Assembly (NCBI GenBank): GCA_963727315.1
Contig: CAVSFE010000002.1
Location: 215,560-279,559, forward strand
Length of the DNA stretch: 64,000 bases
Origin: an uncultured Chloroflexia bacterium
GTDB taxonomy: Bacteria; Chloroflexota; Dehalococcoidia; Dehalococcoidales; RBG-16-60-22
Reading direction: 5' to 3'
Part shown: positions 16,921-26,222 of the stretch, one piece after another
How positions within the stretch are numbered: position 1 is the first letter of the stretch
Layout: each line of letters opens with the position of its first letter
Program-made: the position numbers and the translations under genes
Notes under the pieces: model-generated
The model's database searches: none
What the model was told of the DNA's origin: nothing
What the model saw: the letters and a program-made list of their open reading frames with translations, nothing else

Positions 16921-18323
16921 ATGACAGCCCAAAAAACTATTACCGAATCCTCCCGCAAACTTAAAGTAATCCGCGAAGTGGACGTGGTCGTGGTGGGGGG
17001 CGGACCGGGAGGGGTCGCCTCGGCCATCAGCGCGGCGAGAAACGGCGCCAAAACCGTCCTCATCGAAAGATACGGGCACCTCGGCGGCATGGCCACCGGC
17101 GGCCTGATCAATATTTTCCCCAACCTGAGCGATATCAGCGGCAAGCAGCATATCTTCGGGCTCACACAGGAAATCATCGACCGCCTGGACAGGCGCGGCG
17201 GGGCTTCGTATCCCCGTAAAGAGGACTGGGGCACCACCGACCCCAAAGTGGTCGATTACTATCTTAATGCCAATCTCGGTTTTTTCTACGTGCGCAAAGA
17301 CCCCAACCGCGGCGGTAAACAGGCAGTGCTTTATACCGCCGTCATCGACCCCGAGATACTTAAGGACGAGCTCAACGATATGGTGCTGGGGGCAGGGGCG
17401 GAGCTTTTCCTGCATTCCTGGGGCACGCAACCTATCATGGACGGGGATACGGTCAAGGGCGTTATCTTCGAGAGCAAGTCCGGGCGGCAGGCGATCCTGG
17501 GCAAAGTCGTTATCGACGCCACCGGCGACGGCGATATCTTCGTGGCGGCCGGCGCCGACTTCGACGCTACCCTGAACAACAAATACCGCTCCGCCTGGCT
17601 GGCTTTCACTTTCTGGGTGGCCAACGTGGACATTAAAAAATACGAGGACTTCCAGGCTTCGCAGCCGGAAAAACACAAGGCACTGATGGACGAGCTTTTA
17701 AAGCTCGGGCGGCTATCCGCGTTTCTTTAAAGGCGTCCTGGAAAACCAGTCCGGCGTGCTCTGGTACCACTGCATGCAGCCGCAGCCCAACCCCACCGAC
17801 GCCATGGACGTAGAGCAACTGACGCAAATAGATATCAAAGCCAGAAAACGCGCCCTCATCACCCACGATTTCATGAGGAAGAACGTCCCCGGATTTGAGA
17901 AGTGCTTCGTCATGCAGACCGCCCCGCAGCTGGGCACGCAGGGAGGCCGCCGCGTTACCGGAGAATATACGCTTACCCAGGATGACATCGTCGCCGACCG
18001 GGTCTTCGAGGACACGATTGCCGTCCTCGCCAATAACGATTTAGGAGAAATTTCCGCCAGGCACCCGACTCTCTGCGTCCCCTACCGCTGCCTGGTACCC
18101 GAGGAAGATTGAAGGACTGCTCGTTGCCTGCCGGGCTTTCTCCTCGGAGGACAGCATCAACCAGTATTTTAATATCATCCCGCCCTGTCTTTGCTACGGC
18201 CAGGCCGCGGGAACGGCGGCCGCCTTAGCCGTCAAAGCCGGCATCCCGCCGCGAAAAGTGGACTATAAAGCCCTGCAAAGGAGCCTCATCAAACAGGGCG
18301 TGAATCTGCCTAAGAGCAAATAA
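16921..18323 (+). pseudogene. FAD-dependent oxidoreductase paralog, two frame breaks as assembled
   Basis: Collinear with 15470-16906 (VVVVGGGPGGVASAISAARNGAKTVLIERYGHLGGMATGG, IDATGDGD, NVPGFEKCF, YRCLVP, LVACRAFSS). The frame changes near 17712 and 18107. The stop is at 18321-18323. Confidence 0.8.
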
Positions 18324-18493
18324 CAATCCCTCTCTTAATCAAAAAAACCTGTCCCATTTGCCATCCGGCGCTAAATGTCATAAATATGTTATATTTCCCC
18401 CTCGATTGAAACTACTTTGTAATGCCCCTATTGCTAAAATCACCAAAAAGTTGTATATATTATAGGAATATTATGCGGCGATAGAAAAGTTAT

Positions 18494-18928
18494 ATGCGGA
18501 AACATAAGCTATTTCTCATACTCCTGATACCAGTTATTATGTTGCTGCCCTCCTGCCGCACCGCCGCGCCCCTCGCTCCGGAAGAACCCATCGCCGTACT
18601 GATTTCCCCGAACAATGGTGAAATATTAAACAGCGGGGACGTCGAGGTGCGGATTTATTTACAGAATTTCAGCATTGTCCCGGACACGGGGCAGGCCAAC
18701 CGAGGGGGTGAGGGACACGTCATTTACTACCTGGACGTCAGCGCGCCGCTCAAGCTGGGGACCCCCGCGACCACCGCTCCGGGTACCTTCGCGGTTTCCA
18801 CAGAGACTTCTTATACCTGGCCGGACGTGCCGCCGGGACAACGTATGTTCACCGTTCAACTGGTCAACAACGACGACACGCCTCTGGACCAGCCCGTCAC
18901 CGTAAGGGCGAACTGCACTTTGAAATAG
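18494..18928 (+). CDS. Lipoprotein, DUF4399-like
   Basis: Signal peptide with lipobox LLPSC. The mature part (GHVIYYLD…PPGQRMFTVQLVNNDDTPL) resembles the DUF4399 pattern as I recall it. Confidence 0.6.
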   Translation: MRKHKLFLILLIPVIMLLPSCRTAAPLAPEEPIAVLISPNNGEILNSGDVEVRIYLQNFSIVPDTGQANRGGEGHVIYYLDVSAPLKLGTPATTAPGTFAVSTETSYTWPDVPPGQRMFTVQLVNNDDTPLDQPVTVRANCTLK

Positions 18929-18974
18929 ACATCAGAAAATAAGCTTAGCGCGGAAAGGCAAACTCTTGGGGGTG

Positions 18975-21779
18975 ATGATGAATAGTCCGGAACCGAGAGA
19001 TACCGCAATTCCGGTGCCTGATGAAAGCGAATACAAAGAGGGCGACCGGGTAGCCAAGGTCTGGCTGCTGTTTTCCGCGCTGTGGTTCCCTTTCTTCGCA
19101 GCTTTCGGTTTTCTTCTGGCGATCAAGTTCTTCTTTCCCACCTTTCTCAGCGACGCGGCGTGGGACACCTTCGGGCGCATCCGACCTTCCCACGTGAACG
19201 GCGTCCTCTTCGGCTTTGTTTCCTCCGGACTGATCGGGGCGATGTTCTGGATTACGCCGCGCCTGTGCGCGCGGGGGCTTTACCGCGCCAAGCTGGCCCT
19301 GGTGACCCCGTTCCTCTGGAATTTCGCCGTACTGGGGGGAATCATCTGGATTCTTTTCGGCGGCAGCCAGGGCCGGGAGTACGCCGAGCTTCCCTGGGGC
19401 ATCGATGTAGCGGTCATGGTCGCCCTGGGGCTAAACGCCTACATCATCTGGGGCACCGTTATCAAACGCCGAGAAAAGAAGCTGTACGTGTCCCTATGGT
19501 ATTACCTGGGGACGACCATCTGGTTTCCCATTGTGTATTTTATCGGGAACGTCATGTGGAAGCCCCCGGAAGGCGCCCTCAACGGGACGACCGATGCCGT
19601 CTTTAACTGGTACTACGGTCACAACGTATTAGGCCTGTGGTTTACCACGCTGGGCATCGCCGCCTGGTACTACTTCATTCCCAGGATGATAAAAAGGCCG
19701 CTTTACAGCCACCTGCTTTCGTTAATCGCCTTTTTCAGCATCGCCTTCTTTTATACCGGGGTCGGCGGGCATCACCTGCTGCAGTCGCCCATACCCGAGT
19801 GGCTCAAGACCATCGCCGTCACCATGACCGTCCTGATGATGGTCCCGGTGCTCGCCTTCCTGGTCAATATCGGCCTCACGATGCGCGGGTCGTGGCACCG
19901 ATTGATCGGCAACACGGCCCTGCAATTCGTCTTCGCCGGTTTCGTGATGTACGTGCTGGTCTCGATACAGGGCACATTGCAGGGACTCAGGAGCACCAAC
20001 GCCTATCTTCACTTCTCGCAGTGGCCGGTGAGCCATTCGCACCTGGCCCTGCTGGGGGGATTCGGCTTCCTGGTGGCGGGCATGGCCTATTTCCTGGTGC
20101 CGCGCATTACCGGGTTCAAACTCTACAGCCAGAAACTGATGCGATGGAGCTGGTGGCTCGCCTTTATCGGGTTCTTTTCCTTCTTCGCCTCCATGGTGGT
20201 CACGGGGCTCCAGCAGAACGCCAACTGGTACACGCACATCAATGTCGTGGAGACCCTGCCGACCCTGACGACGGACCTGGTCTGGCGGGCCATTTCCGGT
20301 GGGGTCATCGTTATCGCCGCTATCCTCTTCGCCTACAACATTTTAGTCACCCTTTTCCGCCGCGGCGAGGCCCACGAGGAAGAGCACATCGAGGTTATTC
20401 CGCCGATTTCCAACAAGCCCCATTCCGGCTTCCTGCGCCGCAGCCAGGAACACCTGAACGTGCCGATTATTATCGGAGGAGGACTGGCGGTATTTTCCGT
20501 CATGACCTTCATGGTCGTGGCGATGCCCTACATGTTCTCGGCGGACGCCCCCAGCTGGAGGGCGCACGAGCTGACCGCGCAGGAGCAGGAGGGGCAGGCT
20601 GTCTATAAGAGCATGGGGTGCTTCTACTGTCACAGCCAGTTCATCAGGCCGCAGGACTGGGCGATGGGCTATACCTCCCAGGCAGGGGACTTTTATTTTT
20701 CTATTCCCAACTTCCTCGGCACGGAGAGGACGGGCCCCACGCTGGGGCAGATAGGCGGCAAGCGCCCCACGGAATGGAACGTGCAGCATATCAAAGACCC
20801 GCGCTCGGTCTCGCCGAGCTCCATCATGCCTTCGTTCGGAGATTTTCTCACAGATACCCAGCTGGAATCGCTCGTGGCCTACCTCGATACCCTGGGCAGC
20901 GAAGACCTGGAGACCCGCGACTTCCAGCAGCCGGTGCCGTACGAGTTCCGTTTCAACGAAAACCCCAACCTGCCGCTGATGACGCTGGTCGAGGCTGGCT
21001 ATGATAGTGAGAACGACACCTACTCCGGCCCCCAGGCGGAGGGAGAACAGTGGGGCACGCTTTTCGATGAGGGTAAAGCCCTCTTCACGCAAAAATGCCT
21101 TTCCTGCCACGGTTGTTCTGGGAACGGGCAGGGCCCCTACGCCCGCCAGACGGTCACCCGTCCGGCCAACCTGAACGAGAGGATATCGAATTTCCCGGAG
21201 ACCAACCCGGAAGCCTTCCATTACTGGCGTATCTTCGAAGGGGTGCCGGGCACCGCCATGCCTTCCTGGGGCCTGAGCCTGGACGAGGACACCATCTGGA
21301 AGATAGCTACTTATGAAATGAGCTTCGCCCAGGGCTCCATCAGGACGATCGACGGGAGCGTATCGGATGACGAGGGCGACCAGTTCGACGCCGAGACTCA
21401 CCCCATGCCATTGATAGCCGGCACCCTGGAGGATTTCGACAAGGGACAAGCCCTCTATGCGCTTTACTGCGCCCAGTGCCATGGCGCCGACGGACACGGC
21501 GACGGTCCCGCTTCCATCGCCACAGACGGAGGCTATATCCGGCCCGAGCCAGCCAATTTCGAGGAGAGCGGCGGGGACTTCACCAACTACGGCCGCTGGG
21601 TCTGGAAGGTCACCGAAGGCGTGGAGACGACGAACATGCCGCCCTGGAAATACGCCCTGAGCCCGGAGGAAATATTCCAGGTCATCTTCTACGAGCAGAG
21701 TTTTTCCACGCGTGACGATTATATCAATAAATGGGCGCCTCTATACACCGACACCTTCGCCCGGGATTTGAAGGGGTGA
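18975..21779 (+). CDS. ccoN: cbb3-type cytochrome c oxidase, fused CcoN + CcoO + dihaem cytochrome c (CcoP-like) polypeptide
   Basis: CcoN ligand blocks HVNGVLFGF, WYYGHNVLGLW, GVGGHHLL, SHSHLALLGGFG. CcoO part CFYCHSQ…TGPTLGQIGGKR…IMPSF. Two more CxxCH sites (CLSCHGC…MPSW, CAQCHGADG…MPPW). The ORF is open from a TTG at 18966. Confidence 0.85.
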   Translation: MMNSPEPRDTAIPVPDESEYKEGDRVAKVWLLFSALWFPFFAAFGFLLAIKFFFPTFLSDAAWDTFGRIRPSHVNGVLFGFVSSGLIGAMFWITPRLCARGLYRAKLALVTPFLWNFAVLGGIIWILFGGSQGREYAELPWGIDVAVMVALGLNAYIIWGTVIKRREKKLYVSLWYYLGTTIWFPIVYFIGNVMWKPPEGALNGTTDAVFNWYYGHNVLGLWFTTLGIAAWYYFIPRMIKRPLYSHLLSLIAFFSIAFFYTGVGGHHLLQSPIPEWLKTIAVTMTVLMMVPVLAFLVNIGLTMRGSWHRLIGNTALQFVFAGFVMYVLVSIQGTLQGLRSTNAYLHFSQWPVSHSHLALLGGFGFLVAGMAYFLVPRITGFKLYSQKLMRWSWWLAFIGFFSFFASMVVTGLQQNANWYTHINVVETLPTLTTDLVWRAISGGVIVIAAILFAYNILVTLFRRGEAHEEEHIEVIPPISNKPHSGFLRRSQEHLNVPIIIGGGLAVFSVMTFMVVAMPYMFSADAPSWRAHELTAQEQEGQAVYKSMGCFYCHSQFIRPQDWAMGYTSQAGDFYFSIPNFLGTERTGPTLGQIGGKRPTEWNVQHIKDPRSVSPSSIMPSFGDFLTDTQLESLVAYLDTLGSEDLETRDFQQPVPYEFRFNENPNLPLMTLVEAGYDSENDTYSGPQAEGEQWGTLFDEGKALFTQKCLSCHGCSGNGQGPYARQTVTRPANLNERISNFPETNPEAFHYWRIFEGVPGTAMPSWGLSLDEDTIWKIATYEMSFAQGSIRTIDGSVSDDEGDQFDAETHPMPLIAGTLEDFDKGQALYALYCAQCHGADGHGDGPASIATDGGYIRPEPANFEESGGDFTNYGRWVWKVTEGVETTNMPPWKYALSPEEIFQVIFYEQSFSTRDDYINKWAPLYTDTFARDLKG

Positions 21780-21783
21780 CGAC

Positions 21784-21990
21784 ATGAATGAAGGTACTAT
21801 CGCATTGACGGTGATGACGGGCCTCCTGCTAATTTCATTTCTGGGCTTTTTAATCTGGGGCATCCGCTCGGGGCAGTTCAAGAACATAGAGGAGGCCAAG
21901 TACCAGGTGTTGCGCGACAAAAAGAACGAAAAGCCCCCCAGCAATTCCCCGCCGCAGAACCCCGGGGCGGGAGGGGGTGAGAAGCCATGA
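21784..21990 (+). CDS. ccoS: cbb3 oxidase maturation protein CcoS/FixS-like
   Basis: 68 aa with one TM followed by RSGQFKNIEEAKYQVLRD, matching the CcoS pattern (SGQFDD-E). Starts 5 nt after the oxidase stop. Confidence 0.7.
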   Translation: MNEGTIALTVMTGLLLISFLGFLIWGIRSGQFKNIEEAKYQVLRDKKNEKPPSNSPPQNPGAGGGEKP

Positions 21991-22250
21991 CCTTCTGGCA
22001 GATGTTCTGGGTGACGATCGGCTCGGTGCTGTCGTTTGTCCTGCTTTTTTTGCTTTTCATTTCCGGCTCGAAGTATTCCGTCCACGATACGCAGGCCCAT
22101 GCCACCGATTTCGCGGGAACGATTAAAGAGGGGCACGGCGGCCTGACCGCCTTTCTCTGGCTGCTATTTATCGGCATGTTCGTCTGGACGATAGTATACT
22201 TCATCATGCACTGGAGCGAGTTCGCCGTTATCGCCGCCTACGCGCGATAA
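21987..22250 (+). CDS. Small 2-TM membrane protein resembling the N-terminal anchor of CcoP (FixP_N-like)
   Basis: 87 aa, overlapping the ccoS stop by 4 nt. GTIKEGHGGLTAFLWLLFIGMFVWTIVY parallels the DGIxExDNPLPxWWxxxFxxTIxFxxxY segment of CcoP N-termini. Confidence 0.5.
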   Translation: MTFWQMFWVTIGSVLSFVLLFLLFISGSKYSVHDTQAHATDFAGTIKEGHGGLTAFLWLLFIGMFVWTIVYFIMHWSEFAVIAAYAR

Positions 22251-22276
22251 GGCCGTCCTCCCGGGAGAACCGAAAA

Positions 22277-22798
22277 ATGTCATTCATATCCGGCAATATT
22301 GGATTAAACGAAGAAAGGCTGGCGGTCGCGCTCGGTTTCGTCACGCTGGTGTCCGCCCTGGCGACATTCGCTTCCTGCCGGACTTGTCTTTCTTTCCTGG
22401 CGCGCTTAGGGCTTAAAGACCTTATGGAAAATAAATGGTACCGCGCGTTCTACCGATACCACGGTTACTACTGGTGGACATTTCTCTTCGCTCTGGTACT
22501 GCATCTCCTTACCACCATAATGCATACCGGCCTTCCGACCCCCGGTGACCCCGACGCCGCGATACACTGGGTAATCCTTTCGTTCGCCTTCGGCGCGCTG
22601 GTCATGGTAGTGGCGGTGTTTTCTTCGTGCCGGAGTCTGGTCGGTCTGGCCAACCTGTTCGCCGAGAAGGGACCGCTTAGCAACACCGGGTTCCGGTCTT
22701 TTTATCGTTTTCACTCTTTCTACTGGCTGGTCCTTATTTTATTCGTCGTCGGGCATTTCGCCAGCTCTTACGTTCACATCGGGTTCTGGCCCGGTTAG
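22277..22798 (+). CDS. 4-TM membrane protein built from an internal duplication, His-rich, function unknown
   Basis: 173 aa. The two halves align: FASCRT…WYRAFYRYHGYYWW…VLHLLTTIMHTG versus FSSCRS…GFRSFYRFHSFYWL…VGHFASSYVHIG. Confidence 0.55.
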   Translation: MSFISGNIGLNEERLAVALGFVTLVSALATFASCRTCLSFLARLGLKDLMENKWYRAFYRYHGYYWWTFLFALVLHLLTTIMHTGLPTPGDPDAAIHWVILSFAFGALVMVVAVFSSCRSLVGLANLFAEKGPLSNTGFRSFYRFHSFYWLVLILFVVGHFASSYVHIGFWPG

Positions 22799-22802
22799 AA
22801 CC

Positions 22803-22928
22803 ATGCGAAGGAGGATGGTGATGATGAATAAATACCTCACGTGGCTGTCGGCCGCCGGTATCGAAGGGATGGGCTACGCCATCAATATTAAAGAGGCACT
22901 GCCGGTAATCCAACGCCTTTCCCAGTAA
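22803..22928 (+). pseudogene. Relic of an HtrA/DegP-type serine protease (C-terminal end of protease domain only)
   Basis: A 41-codon ORF ending …GMGYAINIKEALPVIQRLSQ. It resembles the GIGFAIP…A.PVI.QL end of S1C protease domains. No catalytic region is present. Confidence 0.35.
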
Positions 22929-22955
22929 TAATATTCGCAGGAAGCTCGAAACGCG

Positions 22956-23936
22956 ATGACAAAAAAGGAAGACAACATTACGGATGATATCGGGAGCGAC
23001 GTTATCTGCTGCCAGGAGTTGACCAAGCGCTATCCCGGCGGCACCCTGGCGGTAGACCGACTCAACCTGCGTGTGCATGAGGGCGAGATTTTCGGACTGC
23101 TCGGACCTAATGGCGCGGGCAAGACGACCACCGTCGGCATGCTCACGACCCTCGTGGTTCCCACATCGGGCAAGGCATTTGTAGCCGGCCTCGACGTTAT
23201 CGCCCACCCGGCGCTGGTGAAACAGGTTATCGGCGTGGTATCGCAGACCAACAACCTTGACCGCGCCCTGACAGTCCGGGAGAACCTTTATTACCATGGT
23301 CGCTACTTCGGGATGAGCGCCAGGGAAAGTCGGGAGGCCGCCGAACGATTTCTGGTTGAGTTCCGCCTGACCGAGCATGCCAAGGCCGATGTAGCGGCTA
23401 TCTCGGGCGGCATGGCCAAACGCCTCCAGGTAGCGCGTACACTGCTCCACGGTCCATCGGTCCTCTTCCTCGACGAGCCCACGGCAGGACTCGACCCGCA
23501 GAGTCGGCTCGCCCTCTGGGAGATACTGCAAAGACTCCACATCAAGGGCCAGACCATCATGCTGACTACCCACTATATGGAAGAGGCGGAATCGGTCTGC
23601 GACCGCCTGGCGATCATGGACCACGGACACATCCTCGCCCTGGATACGCCGCATAATTTAAAAGAATCAATCGCCGCCGACAGCATTATCACCGTGTCGG
23701 CCAAGGGCGACCTGGATGCCTTAGCCAGGCTCCTTAGAGAACAGATTGAGGGCGTAACGGAAAGCCGCCGACTCGATAGCAATATCCAGCTTCTGGTCAA
23801 AGGGGCCTCCGGCCTGCTGCCCAGGGTAGTCAATGTGGCGGAGCAGGGGGGCTTCAGCATCGTTGACCTGTCTATCGCCCAGCCCACGCTCGAGTCGGTG
23901 TTCATCAAACTTACCGGCAAGGAGCTCAGGGAGTAA
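22956..23936 (+). CDS. ABC transporter ATP-binding protein (ABC-2/DrrA-like)
   Basis: Walker A GPNGAGKTT, signature ISGGMAKRLQVA, Walker B LFLDEPTAGLD, H-loop TTHYMEEA. Confidence 0.9.
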   Translation: MTKKEDNITDDIGSDVICCQELTKRYPGGTLAVDRLNLRVHEGEIFGLLGPNGAGKTTTVGMLTTLVVPTSGKAFVAGLDVIAHPALVKQVIGVVSQTNNLDRALTVRENLYYHGRYFGMSARESREAAERFLVEFRLTEHAKADVAAISGGMAKRLQVARTLLHGPSVLFLDEPTAGLDPQSRLALWEILQRLHIKGQTIMLTTHYMEEAESVCDRLAIMDHGHILALDTPHNLKESIAADSIITVSAKGDLDALARLLREQIEGVTESRRLDSNIQLLVKGASGLLPRVVNVAEQGGFSIVDLSIAQPTLESVFIKLTGKELRE

Positions 23937-24805
23937 TGACTGATACCATCGAATGTTCTCTTCCCGTTAAACCTACGCGTTCGGAGGCCGCCGCCAGTCG
24001 CAGTGCCTTCGGGGCGTTGCTGCTGCGCGACCTCACAGTGCTAAAGAAGAGCCTGGGCGTCTTTATCGCGCGCACGCTTATCCAACCTTTTCTGCTGGTT
24101 TTTGTTTTCCTGTACGTCTTCCCTAAAATCGGCGAGGGAGTGGGCGGCTCTTCAGGGGCCGGCGGATTGTCTGAGTTCGCGACCGTGCTGGTGGCCGGCG
24201 TGGTCGGCCTATCTATAATGTTCCAGGGGATACAGGCGGTGGCTCTGCCGCTGGCTAACGAATTCGGCTACACCAAGGAAATCGAAGACCGCGTGCTGGC
24301 GCCGATGCCGGTGTCGCTGGTCGCCATCGGCAAGGTCATCGCCGGGGCTATCCAGGGACTTATCGCGGCGGTCATTGTGTTCCCGATTGCTTCCGTCATT
24401 CACGCGCCGGGCGTGCATCCGAACCTGGCCGTCCACTGGGTGACCCTGCTGACGCTCATACCTCTCGCCTGCATCATGACGTCCAGCCTCGGCCTGGCAC
24501 TTGGCACGCGCATATCGCCCCGCAATATCAGCGTCATGTTCGGGTTTATCGTGCTCCCCATGACTTTTCTCGGCGGCACGTACTATCCGTGGACGACGCT
24601 ATCGGCCATCCAGATTGCCGGATTTCCCTGGCTGCAGGCGCTGGTCTGCCTGAATCCGCTGATTTATATTACCGAGGGATTTCGCGCGGCATTGACCACG
24701 GCGCCGCATATGCAGCTGTATGTCATCTATCCCGTGCTAATTGGCTTCGGGGCGCTGTTGCTCTGGGCGGGGATAAAAGGTTTCTACAAGCGGGTGCTCA
24801 GCTAG
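23936..24805 (+). CDS. ABC-2 type transporter permease
   Basis: 289 aa with about 6 predicted TM segments. The start overlaps the ATPase stop (ATGA). Confidence 0.8.
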   Translation: MTDTIECSLPVKPTRSEAAASRSAFGALLLRDLTVLKKSLGVFIARTLIQPFLLVFVFLYVFPKIGEGVGGSSGAGGLSEFATVLVAGVVGLSIMFQGIQAVALPLANEFGYTKEIEDRVLAPMPVSLVAIGKVIAGAIQGLIAAVIVFPIASVIHAPGVHPNLAVHWVTLLTLIPLACIMTSSLGLALGTRISPRNISVMFGFIVLPMTFLGGTYYPWTTLSAIQIAGFPWLQALVCLNPLIYITEGFRAALTTAPHMQLYVIYPVLIGFGALLLWAGIKGFYKRVLS

Positions 24806-24822
24806 CTATCGCTCTTTAATAA

Positions 24823-26152
24823 TTATCCCTTTTTCCCCTTGGTCGGGTCAGGAAGCTTGCCCGGGCCGAACGAAGAGTAATCGAGGTCGTAAAACTGGCG
24901 GCAGACCGCGAAATAGCCCAGGTGACTGCCCCCCATGACCAGCTTCGCCACCGGTGCGTCGCGGTAATATTTTTCATAATGGTTCTCGCGGATATAGCCG
25001 TAACACCCCATGATTTCCATCCCCTTGAGAATCAGGTCGGCGGCCGTCCTGGTAATCATCGTGTGCACCGCATGTCCCTTAGCCACCATGCTTCTCGTGT
25101 CCCAAGCGCCGTAAATTTCCGGGTGGTCGAACTCATGCGCCAGCTCCAGGAAAGAGGCCCTGCGCCACGGTGATAAACGAGGCTATCTCGCCGATAATCA
25201 TGGCCGCGTCGAGGTGCTGGTTAATCAGTCGACCGCCGGCTACCCTCTGCCCGGTGTAGTCGAGGAGCACGTCGAAGGCGCCCTGGAGTATGCCCGTCAT
25301 ATGCCCTGAGTTGAGGGGGAAAGGAGCGGACGAAGCCGTTTCAAAAATCGACCACGCCACGGGTCCCTTGAGCCCCCACTCCCTCGGCACGCGGACGTTA
25401 TCGAAATACGTCGATGTGTTCCTATCGGCGTGCATGCCGCATTTGACCTCGAATTTGCCGTGGGAGACACCCGGCCAAGGCTCGGGGACGTAGACCAGGG
25501 CGAACGCGTCTTTTCCCAACCTCGGGTCCATATTACAGATAACGCAGTTGAGGTCGGCGATGCCGGCGTTAGACGCCCAGAACTTGTTGCCGTTGATGAC
25601 CCATTCGTCGCCTTCGAGCTTGGCCCGTACCCTTACCGTCTTGCCTTCGTTGGTCAGGTTTTCGATGTCGCAGGCGGACTCGGGCTCGCTCATATTGAAG
25701 CAGGCGGCACGGAGCTCATCCCCGACGAACATCGGGGCGAACTCATCGAGGACGGCCTTGCCCCACGCCTTCGCTTCCGGGGTCGGCGCCGTTAGGTAGG
25801 CCAGGGTCGCCGGCGTCCATCCCCAGTCGGTGACGGCGCCGTGCATACTGATGCCGTAGTCGCCGCGTGCTATCTGCTCCTGCTTCAGGGCGCCCGTAAC
25901 GATAGAAAGCAGCTCGTTGCCGCCGTATTCTTTCGGTATCATATTCTTCTGGCAGCCCAGGTCTACCTGCAGTTTTTTCAGGATGGGATTGATTATTTTT
26001 TCGTGGGTCACATCGTCGTCGATTTTATCGCGGACGGGCAAGATTTCTTTATCGGTGAAATCCGCCCAGAGCTTTTGCATCATGCGCTGCTCTTCGTTCA
26101 CGAAGCATTCCGGGTACTGCAGTTTGTACCACTGGCTGGTCTGGTCTAACAT
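24823..26152 (-). pseudogene. Acyl-CoA dehydrogenase family protein, one frame break as assembled
   Basis: The N-terminal ORF (26152-25133) and the C-terminal ORF (…MVAKGHAVHTMITRTAADLILKGMEIMGCYGYIRENHYEKYYRDA) join if one base is corrected near 25160. There the text reads …FITV/RASFLELAHEFDHPEIYGAWD. Confidence 0.75.
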
Positions 26153-26222
26153 TTTTCCTCCTTCAAAGTGGAATATATCCGAGTTCGAGTGTAACCTTTG
26201 AAGAGGGAATTTGTCAAACGCA

